64,000 bases of DNA, from assembly GCA_965223985.1 (NCBI GenBank), contig OZ245030.1, positions 2,240,082 through 2,304,081 on the forward strand, in the 5' to 3' direction. This document shows, piece after piece, positions 49,317-59,231 of the stretch (its first letter is position 1; each line of letters begins with the position of its first letter). This DNA comes from Candidatus Poribacteria bacterium (GTDB lineage: Bacteria > Poribacteria > WGA-4E > PCPOR2b). The translations under genes and the position numbers were made by a program. The notes beneath the pieces were generated by a model. The model worked only from the letters and a program-made list of their open reading frames with translations, made no database searches and was not told where the DNA came from.

Positions 49317-50786
49317 TTAGCGAAGGTGTTGGAACATAGTGTGTGTCCACGCTATGCTCGGCATTTCGCCGAGGAACGGGCGATCGGATATACCGCTCTG
49401 GCTATGACCAACGGCCCAATTTCGTGGCCATACAAGGTTTTCCGCGCCCATTGATGCAGATGATTGCAATGACGACCAAGGCGATGTGTCATCATGCCGA
49501 TACAGAACACCACCAGGCCCCATCCCGCTGTGTAGAGCGAAGTGGAAATCAAAAGCCTCTCCTGGTATCAACGCCGGACCCGTCCAAGTCTGTGTTCCCA
49601 CTCCAGATTCTGTCAAGAGTTTAGTCGTGAGCACCGGTGGACAACCCTCAAATCCGATCCAGATTGTCGCGGGTCCCTCAAGGTCGTCCCATCCACAGAG
49701 GAGGGTCTGTATGTTCGTGTCATTCTTATTATCGCGCAGCATTCCTGAAAAGCGCCATACACAAAGCCAATCATTACCGGGTTTGTGTATGGAATTGTCC
49801 CAAGCGCACCCGAACTTTGTCGCCGCTTCCTCTGGCTTGACCTTTTCCCATTCATCTGCCGGCGGTAGTAATAAAGGCCATTCAAGCCGCTCACACACTG
49901 CACCATTTGAATCGAGCACTTGGTAACATACGCCGCCGGAGTCAACAGCGAACTGCACGGCGTGGTGATATTCTGTTCGACCGGGCATGAAGCCGCCTGG
50001 TCCATAATTGGTTCCCGCTCCACCTGTGCAAATTTGAAGGACTCCGCCGCGCGCCTGAACATCAAATGCAATGATGTGGCTACAAAGGTAGGCTTGGACA
50101 CGATGTTTAACCAATACGTCCCAGAACGCTTCTCCTTCATCTGGGAATATCCGCCAGAACGGATACCGCTCGTAGCCATTGACAGGTCGCACCGGATGGT
50201 GGCCCGCGACAATCTTGTAGGTGGCATCGTCGTTTGCACTCAGCACTTGATCTAGCCATTCATGCTCAACATGGCCGTTACCCCCTAGTCCGGAGAACGC
50301 CGTATTAACACACACAAGCAGGAAGTCGTTGCGTCGCACGACATAAGATAACCCTTCCTGACCCGCGGGGCCATTGCGGGGAATTCCAGGAAAGACTGCC
50401 CGCCACACTTGTTCGCTCTCCACGTCATATGTGTTGTGGTTGCTGGTTGTGTGGAAGATTTCTACAGACCGGTTCTTGAGCCAGCCCATTTCCGTCTGCA
50501 GCCAATAATTCCACTGGTGACGCAACGAGGAATAGTCCTGGGTCAGCCCCATGATATGGTCGCCAGGAAAAATTATAAAATCAGGTTGGGGATGAATCTT
50601 CGCTACCACGGCGTTCACCGCCGCGAAGTTTTGTTCGAATTTGCCGCCGGGCACGCCTGAGCAACAATCGGCATAGACGACAAACTGATGCCCATGCTCG
50701 TCACGGGGCAGAAGAGCTGGAATCAACCGCTTACTGTCGGCGGGATGTTGCACGTTGAAATGACTAGGTTCCTCAGCAAAAAACAT
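49317..50786 (-). CDS. Metallophosphoesterase with C-terminal extension
   Basis: YAD, PGD, SNH, GHHP, CSHI calcineurin-like motifs. Confidence 0.8.
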   Translation of the reverse strand: MFFAEEPSHFNVQHPADSKRLIPALLPRDEHGHQFVVYADCCSGVPGGKFEQNFAAVNAVVAKIHPQPDFIIFPGDHIMGLTQDYSSLRHQWNYWLQTEMGWLKNRSVEIFHTTSNHNTYDVESEQVWRAVFPGIPRNGPAGQEGLSYVVRRNDFLLVCVNTAFSGLGGNGHVEHEWLDQVLSANDDATYKIVAGHHPVRPVNGYERYPFWRIFPDEGEAFWDVLVKHRVQAYLCSHIIAFDVQARGGVLQICTGGAGTNYGPGGFMPGRTEYHHAVQFAVDSGGVCYQVLDSNGAVCERLEWPLLLPPADEWEKVKPEEAATKFGCAWDNSIHKPGNDWLCVWRFSGMLRDNKNDTNIQTLLCGWDDLEGPATIWIGFEGCPPVLTTKLLTESGVGTQTWTGPALIPGEAFDFHFALHSGMGPGGVLYRHDDTSPWSSLQSSASMGAENLVWPRNWAVGHSQSGISDRPFLGEMPSIAWTHTMFQHLR

Positions 50787-51203
50787 TAAGTGAGCCTTTT
50801 GAAATAGATGTCGATGATTGATTTTGTTTCCGAGAGTGGCGTCGTACCGCGCATCAGCGGGTTGGCTCTAAAGAACTTCTCCGCATCACGTGTAGGCGCC
50901 TACTCATGACGACCCCACCCGTTGTGATAAGAACAGAGGAGCAAGTTGGTTTTAAACTAAATCAACCCTTGAAAATATTTGCCTGTATCCGGTAATCTGT
51001 AATTTTATCAGATGTGCTCCATACCCAACTCAAGTTCAAGAGTCCAAGCATTATAAGAACCTTCGTACTAAAAATCAAGAGAAAAATCCGCATCTTGGGA
51101 AGAAATACCAGGAATGTTGTCGTGCCACGTAAGGACACAATTATCGCAAAGCTTCTTCTTTTTTCGAGGGGCAACGAGTGTTGTTCCTATTTTTTCTTTA
51201 TAC

Positions 51204-51231
51204 TTGACTTTAGGATGAATTGGCGTATAAT
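51204..51231 (+). promoter_or_regulatory. Putative sigma70 promoter of the SDR operon
   Basis: TTGACT-N16-TATAAT. Confidence 0.55.
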
Positions 51232-51280
51232 ATGCACGAAATAGGGCGGCGATTAATCCCGATACTGCTTCAACAGGAGG

Positions 51281-52078
51281 ATGTCAATGGAGGATGAATC
51301 ATCAAGTAGCAGTCAATTGCAGGATAAGGTCGCAATCGTCACAGGTGGCGCGTCGGGTATCGGCGAAGGAATTTGCATGGAGTTCGCTCGACAAGGTGCC
51401 GCATTGATCGTTATGGACATTGATGGTCCTGGAGGCATCAGGGTAGCCAAGGCAATTGTACAACTCAATGGCGAAGCTATTGCTTCAAGAACAGACATAA
51501 CAGACTGTGAGCCATTGAAAGCGGAAATAGAGAAGATTATGCAGCAGTTTGGCACAGTTGATATCCTGGTCAACTGTGCGGGCTGGAACCATTTTGTGCC
51601 ACCTGATGCCTATTCAATGGAGCTTTGGGAGAAGATACGTTCCACCAATCTCGATGGCACGTGGAACACCTGTCACGCAGTGATGCCAGAGATGATGAGA
51701 AAACGAAGCGGCAAGATTATAAATATCGGGTCAGCGGCGGCGGTTCGAGCAATTCCACAGGCTGCTTCGTATAGCATTGCTAAACACGCGGTTGTGGGGC
51801 TCACGAGAGCTCTCTCCGTAGACTTGGGGCCATATAACATAAATGTCAACTGCATTTGCCCAGCAACGATTGAGACGCCGTTGTTAGCGGAAGCAACGAG
51901 TCCGGCGTTCAAGGAAGGAATGCTACGATCAATCCCAATGGGCAGACTAGGTAAGTTATCGGACGTCGCGAAAGCTGCGCTCTTCCTTGCATCCCAAGAT
52001 TCCTCATGGATAACCGGTGTTGTGTTGCCGGTGGATGGTGGGTTAACTGCATGTATTCGCGCACATCACTTTGAGTAG
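51281..52078 (+). CDS. SDR family oxidoreductase
   Basis: TGGASGIG, NCAG, YSIAK. Confidence 0.92.
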   Translation: MSMEDESSSSSQLQDKVAIVTGGASGIGEGICMEFARQGAALIVMDIDGPGGIRVAKAIVQLNGEAIASRTDITDCEPLKAEIEKIMQQFGTVDILVNCAGWNHFVPPDAYSMELWEKIRSTNLDGTWNTCHAVMPEMMRKRSGKIINIGSAAAVRAIPQAASYSIAKHAVVGLTRALSVDLGPYNINVNCICPATIETPLLAEATSPAFKEGMLRSIPMGRLGKLSDVAKAALFLASQDSSWITGVVLPVDGGLTACIRAHHFE

Positions 52079-52147
52079 ATCGAAGCATGTGTTGTCACCA
52101 GAGGAACCGACATCCCTCAATACCACCCCAACGTCAAGAAAAATTCC

Positions 52148-52933
52148 ATGAAACTACAGAACAAAATTGCCATTATCTCGGGCGGAGCATCAGGCATGGG
52201 TGCATCTATCGCTCAATTTTTTGCCCAGGAAGGGGCGAAAGTCATCATCGGTGATATAGATGATGAGAAAGCGAACGATGTCGCGTTGAAAATCGAAAAA
52301 TCAGGAGGTCATGGCTTAGCGGTAGAACTAGATGTGGTAGATGAGAACCAGGTGTTAAGGTTGGTCGATTTCGTATTACAGAAATTTCATAGGATTGACA
52401 TCCTCGTCAACTGTGTCGGCATAGCAGAGTTCGCACCGACAACAGAAGTCTCCTTGCAGCAGTGGCGGCGAGTGCTTGACGTAAACTTGACGGGGGTTTT
52501 CTTGTGCTGTAGGGAAGTTGGAAAGGTTATGATTAATCAGCGGTCTGGGAAGATTGTGAATTTTGCATCCACAGCGGGACTTAGTGGTGTGCCCTATATG
52601 GCACATTATACAGCTTCAAAGCACGGTGTCGCAGGGCTAACTAGAGCACTAGCTGTCGAATGGGGAAAGTACAATATCCACGTCAACTGCATCTGTCCTG
52701 GGGCAACTGCCACGCCGATGCTGCTAGAATCGACAACTGAGGAATATCGCGCCGATCGGGCAAAGCGAGTACCACTTCAAAGACTGGGCAAACCCGAAGA
52801 ACAAGCACGCGCCGCCTTGTTCTTGGCGTCTTCGGAATCGGACTATGTGAACGGCTCTCTCCTCTGTGTGGATGGTGGCGTATACGCCCTGTCACCAGCT
52901 ACGAGCACAGAGGCGTTGGCAGAGGAAATATGA
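52148..52933 (+). CDS. SDR family oxidoreductase
   Basis: SGGASGMG, YTASK, VNCICPG. Confidence 0.92.
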   Translation: MKLQNKIAIISGGASGMGASIAQFFAQEGAKVIIGDIDDEKANDVALKIEKSGGHGLAVELDVVDENQVLRLVDFVLQKFHRIDILVNCVGIAEFAPTTEVSLQQWRRVLDVNLTGVFLCCREVGKVMINQRSGKIVNFASTAGLSGVPYMAHYTASKHGVAGLTRALAVEWGKYNIHVNCICPGATATPMLLESTTEEYRADRAKRVPLQRLGKPEEQARAALFLASSESDYVNGSLLCVDGGVYALSPATSTEALAEEI

Positions 52934-53012
52934 AGGAATCAAATGGTAGAACGTTGGCGAGAGATGTAGTGTCAGGGACGATGTACCAATTGGAAAAAAG
53001 GGGGAAAAACCG

Positions 53013-53411
53013 ATGAAGGATGTTGTGAATACGAATGAGTGTATGCTATGGAAAGCGCCACTTCCCCACCGGCGGTGTATGGGCTTGATGTTCGAAAGGG
53101 ACATCACACCCACTGCCAATATCGCTGCCGGTATCGTGATATTGCCCCCTGGTGAGGAACAAACGAAGTTGAGCGTGCACGAAGGAGAAGAAATCTATTA
53201 CGTTGTGCGGGGTACGGGGCAATTTGTTTTGGACGAGCGTGTGGTGGATGTTGAGCAAGGAACAGCAGTTTACATCGCTCCTGGCGTTGGTCATCGCGCC
53301 ATCAACACTGGGGATGAGGAGATCGAACTCTACTGGGTGAATACGCCTCCTGTATTTGGCCCGGTTGGATCCTATCGGGACTTGATGAAGGATTGGGAAC
53401 GTATACGGTAA
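53013..53411 (+). CDS. Cupin domain protein
   Basis: VHEGEEIYYVVRG...IAPGVGH. Confidence 0.85.
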   Translation: MKDVVNTNECMLWKAPLPHRRCMGLMFERDITPTANIAAGIVILPPGEEQTKLSVHEGEEIYYVVRGTGQFVLDERVVDVEQGTAVYIAPGVGHRAINTGDEEIELYWVNTPPVFGPVGSYRDLMKDWERIR

Positions 53412-53475
53412 AGACAGAATCACCTAATATCCATGACTCTCGGCATGATTAACTTTTATACGCGCTATAAGTCCT

Positions 53476-54372
53476 ATGATAAACGGTAAGAAAAGATCCA
53501 CACGACTCCGTGAGTTATTGGAACAGCCCGGAGTGATTGTTGCGCCCTGTGCTTATGACTGCCTTTCCCTTCGTATCATAGAGCGCGCCGGGTTCAAGGT
53601 GGCGTTGCACGGCGGCTACAATACAGCAGCAAGTTTTCTGGGTATGCCAGATATAGGGATGCTTACCGCAACCGAAATGGTAAACTATGCCAGAAACATG
53701 GCAGCCGCAGTAGACTTCCCTGTAATTTGCGATGTGGATGATGGATTCGGAGACATCTTCAACGTAATGCGGACAACGCGAGAAGTCATTCGGTCAGGAC
53801 TGGCGGGCATGTATATTGAAGATCAGGTGTCGCCCAAGCGATCGCCATCTTTAGGAGGCAGCAACGTTATCCCAGTGGAAGCGATGGCTCGTAAACTGAA
53901 AACCGTCGCCAAGGTGCGAGCGGAGATGGACCCAGATTTCGTGGTGATTGCCCGAACACACGCAAGTCGGGCTGTAGGACTGGAAGAGGGGGTGCAGCGA
54001 GGCATCGCCTACGCCCAGGCAGGCGCTGACATCATCTTTGTCGATCCGGGTTACTCGGAGGAAACTATCGACGATTTAAAGATTGTTGCCCAGAGAATTG
54101 GTCCTTATGCCCATGTATTAGCAAATATGACAGAAACCGTCGGGAGACCGTTGCTCACTAGCGACGAACTGTACCATATGGGATTTAAGGTTGTCATTTA
54201 CCCCATGACCGCACTCATGGCAGCAGCGAGGGCGGTTACTCTAGTCATGAAAGAACTTCAGGAAAAAGGTACTACTAAAGCGTTAGTGGATGAGCTAATG
54301 CCCCTTAAAGAAGTCGCGCAGCTCACAGGGATGGATAAAGTGCGAGCGTTGGAACAGGAGTTTGACGAATAA
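53476..54372 (+). CDS. Isocitrate lyase/PEP mutase family protein
   Basis: AYDCLS, LGMPDIG, CDVDDGFG, IEDQ, IART, AGADIIF. Confidence 0.85.
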   Translation: MINGKKRSTRLRELLEQPGVIVAPCAYDCLSLRIIERAGFKVALHGGYNTAASFLGMPDIGMLTATEMVNYARNMAAAVDFPVICDVDDGFGDIFNVMRTTREVIRSGLAGMYIEDQVSPKRSPSLGGSNVIPVEAMARKLKTVAKVRAEMDPDFVVIARTHASRAVGLEEGVQRGIAYAQAGADIIFVDPGYSEETIDDLKIVAQRIGPYAHVLANMTETVGRPLLTSDELYHMGFKVVIYPMTALMAAARAVTLVMKELQEKGTTKALVDELMPLKEVAQLTGMDKVRALEQEFDE

Positions 54373-54521
54373 CCGTTCTGATTATTTTCTTGAGGTTCAA
54401 ATAGATTATTGCGCTTGCGGCTAAGCGACATTTTGTCGACGATTACAAATTATGGAAATTCTTGAGTCAATCGGATTGTAGTTGCAGGCTTAAAGGAGTT
54501 GTGCTAAAATGAGATAACCTA

Positions 54522-54998
54522 ATGATAATGGAGGAAATTCGATTGAGTAGGATTGATAATCAACAGTCTGGTCTGACATCCACCCAACTCCTCGTTGTAA
54601 TTGCGATCGTCGGCGTTGTGGCGGCAGTCATTTTTGGCGGCGGTCGCTTACTTGGGCAGGCGGGAAAAGCCCTGCAAGCGCAATCGGCTGAAGAGATTGA
54701 AACAATCGGCATTGCACTCGATAGCTATGCAAAAGACAATGGGGATTATCCATCGACCGCACAAGGGCTTGCTGCGCTCTGGGAGAAACCTGAGAAACCG
54801 CCTATTCCAGTCAATTGGAATGGCTCGTATTTGAAGATTCCTTACACAAAAGATCCGTGGCAGAATGAATACATCTATATTCGTCCCGGCGTCCATGATC
54901 GCTACGGCTACGATTTAATCTCTTTTGGAAGTGATGGACGCGAAGGTGGAGCCGGCGAAGCAGAAGATGTAGTAAGTTGGATCCGTCCAGATGAGTAA
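54522..54998 (+). CDS. gspG: Type II secretion major pseudopilin-like protein
   Basis: ALDSY..DNG.YPST.QGL.AL, WNGSYL, DPWQNEY.Y..PG, SFGSDGREGG; atypical prepilin motif. Confidence 0.75.
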   Translation: MIMEEIRLSRIDNQQSGLTSTQLLVVIAIVGVVAAVIFGGGRLLGQAGKALQAQSAEEIETIGIALDSYAKDNGDYPSTAQGLAALWEKPEKPPIPVNWNGSYLKIPYTKDPWQNEYIYIRPGVHDRYGYDLISFGSDGREGGAGEAEDVVSWIRPDE

Positions 54999-55015
54999 AA
55001 GGGGTCGTTTTCTTT

Positions 55016-55729
55016 TTAGTGGGCAACAGCAATCGCATCTTTAAGATTTATAGCGTTCGTATAAAGCGCGCGACCTATGATAACGCCCGCTGCTCCGCAT
55101 GTTTTGAGGGCTGCGATATCTTGAATTGACGTGATTCCACCTGAAGCAATGACATCAATCTGTACCGTCTCAATCACCGCTTGAGTTGCCTCCAGATTAG
55201 GCCCCTTCAGCATGCCATCGCTTTTAATGTCCGTGTAGATGATGGTTTGAATCCCATGGGCCTCTATCTCTTTGGCGAATGCAAGGGCGGATTTTCGAGA
55301 TATATTCAGCCACCCCTCTGTTGCAACCATGCCATCTTTTGCGTCAATGCCGACAGCAATTCGATTCCCATATTTTTGGGACGCCTCCTCAACCAACTGC
55401 GGATTTTTGAGCGCAGCTGTTCCAAGAATTGCTCGTGATACGCCGAGGCCCAAAATCTGATTCAACCTCTCCATGGTGCGTATACCGCCGCCCAACTGCG
55501 TAGGGATTTGAACTGTGTTGGCGATTTCCTTGACGATGGGAAGGTTGCCCGCTGTACCTTGAAAGGCGCCATCGAGATCTACAAGATGCAGATATTTGGC
55601 GCCTTCCTCTTGCCACTGCTTTGCCATTGTTACTGGCTGATTCGAAAAAATTGTCTCGTCCTCCGGGCGTCCTTGTAACAAATTGACACATTTTCCATTT
55701 CTGAGATCGATTGCTGGTAAAATCAACAC
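55016..55729 (-). CDS. hisA: ProFAR isomerase
   Basis: ILPAIDL..GKCV, LHLVDLDGA, QLGGGIR, TDIKSDG; GTG start after AAGGAGG. Confidence 0.95.
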   Translation of the reverse strand: MLILPAIDLRNGKCVNLLQGRPEDETIFSNQPVTMAKQWQEEGAKYLHLVDLDGAFQGTAGNLPIVKEIANTVQIPTQLGGGIRTMERLNQILGLGVSRAILGTAALKNPQLVEEASQKYGNRIAVGIDAKDGMVATEGWLNISRKSALAFAKEIEAHGIQTIIYTDIKSDGMLKGPNLEATQAVIETVQIDVIASGGITSIQDIAALKTCGAAGVIIGRALYTNAINLKDAIAVAH

Positions 55730-55807
55730 GGTTGCGACAACCTCCTTACTGGTGTATTCGGTGTTACGCACAAGCTGATATTTGATATCTAAACAAAGGA
55801 GTGGCAA

Positions 55808-56536
55808 ATGCGTTCCGTTATCGGCATCACTTGTAGTTTGACAGTTACCAATATCGAAGGCACAATGCATTTCTTGGAACGCAACCAAATCGCGCGTGAC
55901 TATGTTCGCGTGATTGAATATGTTGGCGGAACACCGCTCCTTCTGCCGCACGTTGAAGATTCGGACTGCATTGACCACTACCTCGGGCTGCTTGACGGAC
56001 TCCTATTGTCCGGTGGGGGAGATATCGATCCACTGCTGTTTGGTCAGGAGCCGCACCAAAAGATTGGCAACGTCGACCGAGTGCGTGATGAAATGGAACT
56101 CCAGCTGACGCAAAAAGCATTGCATCAGAACTTGCCAATTTTCGCAACGTGTCGGGGTATGCAAGTTTTGAGTGTTGCCGCAGGTGGAACAATATACCAA
56201 GATATTGCGTCGGACATGCCCCAGACGACTTTGTGCCATATGCAGAAGGGGCCAGGCTGGTATGCATCGCACACGATTGATATTCTTCACGGCAGTCGCC
56301 TGCAACAGATTGTCGGCAGCACGTCGACACGAGTCAACTCATTTCATCATCAAGCGGTGCGACACCTTGGAGATGGGTTTGTTGCCACAGCACACTCCAA
56401 AGATGGTGTCATCGAAGCCATCGAAAATCCGAGGCACCCGTTTGCCCTAGGGATGGAGTGTCATCCGGAGTTGATGTGGGAACGCCACCCTGATGCGCTG
56501 AATTTGTTTACGTCATTTGTAAAAGCGTGCCGATAA
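55808..56536 (+). CDS. Peptidase C26 / gamma-glutamyl-gamma-aminobutyrate hydrolase family
   Basis: LLSGGGDIDP, CRGMQ, VNSFHHQAV, CHPE. Confidence 0.9.
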   Translation: MRSVIGITCSLTVTNIEGTMHFLERNQIARDYVRVIEYVGGTPLLLPHVEDSDCIDHYLGLLDGLLLSGGGDIDPLLFGQEPHQKIGNVDRVRDEMELQLTQKALHQNLPIFATCRGMQVLSVAAGGTIYQDIASDMPQTTLCHMQKGPGWYASHTIDILHGSRLQQIVGSTSTRVNSFHHQAVRHLGDGFVATAHSKDGVIEAIENPRHPFALGMECHPELMWERHPDALNLFTSFVKACR

Positions 56537-56629
56537 CGAATTGTCAAATCAGTGTTTTAGCAATATCCCTGCAGTACACGCGTGCCTGTTGCAAACGGCA
56601 AGTATTGTGCGATATTCATGGCAGAATTC

Positions 56630-57670
56630 TTAATACTCTCGTTCAATGACGAAATGCATTAGACGCAAAAAGAGATTTTTTGCCCGGCTATCCGGTAGAT
56701 GAACAAATTCTTGATTGAACTGTTCGTATGCCTTCTGCGCGAGTTTTTTGGACTGCCGTTGTGCATATTGGATCGACTTGTACTTCCCCATCAAGTGTAA
56801 CACCTCTTCAATTTCGTCTTGATTCTTATCCTCTCGAGGTTTATCCATAATCTCGATTACACGTAGCGCCTCTACCTTTGTACATGAACTAAAGAGGTGG
56901 ATGAGAACAAGCGTGCGTTTCCCCTCACTAATATCCCCGGCAATCTCCTTGCCATATCGTCCCACTTCGCCGACAAGATTGAGCACATCGTCTTGAATCT
57001 GAAAGGCAACCCCGAGATTCATACCGATATCGTTGAATCGATCAGCTTCGGTTCTCGTTGCCCCAGCGATAAGTGTACCAATTCGACAAGGGGTGATACA
57101 TGTATACCAAGCAGTCTTCTGCACACACATTGTCCAGTAATCCGCTTGAGTAAGGTTCCAACGATTATTGCTAACCCAACTTAGTTCGATATGTTGTCCT
57201 TCGACGACTTGATTGCTGAGTCGTGAGAACTCCGATAATATCTGAAATGCAATCTCATAGCCAAGCGAATCTGCGTTCCCATGGAGCATTTCCCACATTT
57301 TGCAGTGGAGCGCATCACCAACGTTTATCGCCATTGGAATGCCATACTTTTGATGCAGACACGGTTGACCACGACGCAAATCCGACTCATCTTCAATATC
57401 GTCATGGATTAAGAGCCAATCTTGCAATAGTTCTAGTGCCGCAGCAGTATTGAGAGCTTCTTGTGGATTTCCACCGAACGCTTCGCAAATAAGCAGACAG
57501 AGTGCGGGGCGCAAACGTTTACCAGATCGCAGCGGATAATCCCTCATCATTTCATAGAGCCAATGCACTTCAGTGCATTCATGGTCTCGAGGTAGAAAAT
57601 CGAAGATATACGTATCAATTTTCTCTTTTGTTTCTTGGAGAAATTTGTCAAGAGGGTCAACTTCTGGCAT
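56630..57670 (-). CDS. Polyprenyl diphosphate synthase
   Basis: GKRLRP, LIHDDIED..LRRG, FQIQDD, DISEGK. Confidence 0.92.
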   Translation of the reverse strand: MPEVDPLDKFLQETKEKIDTYIFDFLPRDHECTEVHWLYEMMRDYPLRSGKRLRPALCLLICEAFGGNPQEALNTAAALELLQDWLLIHDDIEDESDLRRGQPCLHQKYGIPMAINVGDALHCKMWEMLHGNADSLGYEIAFQILSEFSRLSNQVVEGQHIELSWVSNNRWNLTQADYWTMCVQKTAWYTCITPCRIGTLIAGATRTEADRFNDIGMNLGVAFQIQDDVLNLVGEVGRYGKEIAGDISEGKRTLVLIHLFSSCTKVEALRVIEIMDKPREDKNQDEIEEVLHLMGKYKSIQYAQRQSKKLAQKAYEQFNQEFVHLPDSRAKNLFLRLMHFVIEREY

Positions 57671-58163
57671 ACGTCGAAATACCTTTCCGTCGAGAACTAA
57701 TGAACTGATTCGTTAAATGTCTATACACTTTCCCCTTCCATAATACCCTATTACAACTGAATTTGCAACTGTAGATAAAGCTGCCGCCTGCGTGGATGCT
57801 ACGTTTCAGAAAAAATTGGTGAACTCAAGATCGCCTAGCAATGTATTCACAGATTGATGCCTGACAGCATGAGTCTATCGCAAAACCCCATTCAATCGGA
57901 GTTAAGTCGGACCATTGAACCCTGACTTTGAACTTACCCCCATCCTTTGGAGAGCGATGTGAAAGGGCGGTAGTTGTAATAATCTTCGGAATAAGCCGTT
58001 ACAGGCTTTTAAAGAAAACGTAAGGATGCCAGGGTGCTTAGTCCCAAAGAAAATCCAAAAGAACCCCTCCAACCTCCCCTTCGTAAGGGGCGGCATGCGA
58101 CATTGCGTTAAATTAAGAAAAAAGCCTTTACCTACTGATTGCGATTTGGGGGGGGAAGGTAGG

Positions 58164-59120
58164 TCAGCGTTCCTGCTTTCCTTCGCGTTCTGCTCTCTGG
58201 ATGAGCGCCTCTGCGGCTTCCGGAAGTTCTATATTTATAGGCTCAATCTCCACCGATTTTTTCTTTAATTCACGAATCAGATCGATTGCTAGCTCGCGGT
58301 TATGTTCAGCCGCCAACGCTTTCGCACTGGACCGATTGCGCCAATAGAACCACGAACCTACTAGGGAAATCCCCACTGCATCTACATAACGCTCGTCACG
58401 AGTCGCGTCTGCCGCTAGATACAAAAAAGCGGCGTTGACTACAGTAGAGATGAGTCCGTTTCGGAATTGACCTGCGTAGATTTGCCCGACCCCGGGGAAA
58501 AAAGTAGACAGCCATTGGGCGCGTTCAGGAGATTTGAGTGGTAAAGGAATATTCGCTAAAGTCGCGTCTGCAAGTTGGTTGGATACCACACTTAGGGAAG
58601 TGTCGGGTTGGAACCGACGGACCTTGCGAAATTCTGCAATCCCTTTCAACCAATTCCACTCATGAACATAACACCAACCCCGTAGATATTGTGCTTGTGC
58701 AGATAGCTGTTCATTGGCATCCGCATGGATAATTCGGGAATAAATGATGCGAGCGGTCGCGTAATCATCGGCGTCAAAGTAGGACTTTCCCAACATCAGT
58801 TGAGCGTGGAAATAGAGCGGGGAATTCGGATGAATCTTCGTAAGTTCTCCGAGCATCTGCTGGGCTTTTTCACTGTCTTCTTGATAATAGTAGCCCTGTG
58901 CAATACGGTAGCGCACGACGTCAGTCACACCTGTATCCGGATGATAAAAGAGAAGGCGCTTGTATTCGAGGATTGATGATTTATAGTCTCCGTGATTGAA
59001 GAGAGAATCAGCATATCGCAGAAGAGAATCTTCTTGCCCTCCCCAGGCCTGTTGACCAATGACGACGATGGGAAACAAAAGGAGAAAAAACGTGGTAGGG
59101 ACTGAAGTTCGTAGATTCAC
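58164..59120 (-). CDS. Secreted/membrane TPR protein
   Basis: Signal peptide, TPR helices, C-terminal LSTFFPGVGQIYAG membrane segment. Confidence 0.75.
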   Translation of the reverse strand: MNLRTSVPTTFFLLLFPIVVIGQQAWGGQEDSLLRYADSLFNHGDYKSSILEYKRLLFYHPDTGVTDVVRYRIAQGYYYQEDSEKAQQMLGELTKIHPNSPLYFHAQLMLGKSYFDADDYATARIIYSRIIHADANEQLSAQAQYLRGWCYVHEWNWLKGIAEFRKVRRFQPDTSLSVVSNQLADATLANIPLPLKSPERAQWLSTFFPGVGQIYAGQFRNGLISTVVNAAFLYLAADATRDERYVDAVGISLVGSWFYWRNRSSAKALAAEHNRELAIDLIRELKKKSVEIEPINIELPEAAEALIQRAEREGKQER

Positions 59121-59231
59121 GATAGCGATACAAGAAAAAGGAAAGATTGGAGGGTTAGATTTACCAATTACTAACTACAATTCGTAGTGCTTAAAACCAA
59201 GACTGTCAATACGCGAGAGTTTTTTTGACTA

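Noticed and set aside
55730-55978. N-terminal extension of HisA in the ORF track
   Set aside because: It overlaps the divergent C26 gene; a strong RBS supports the GTG start at 55729.
57860-58160. MITE or ncRNA between the prenyl synthase and TPR genes
   Set aside because: Only a short CCCCTT-cgt-AAGGGG hairpin is evident; no convincing terminal repeats or second copy in the window.
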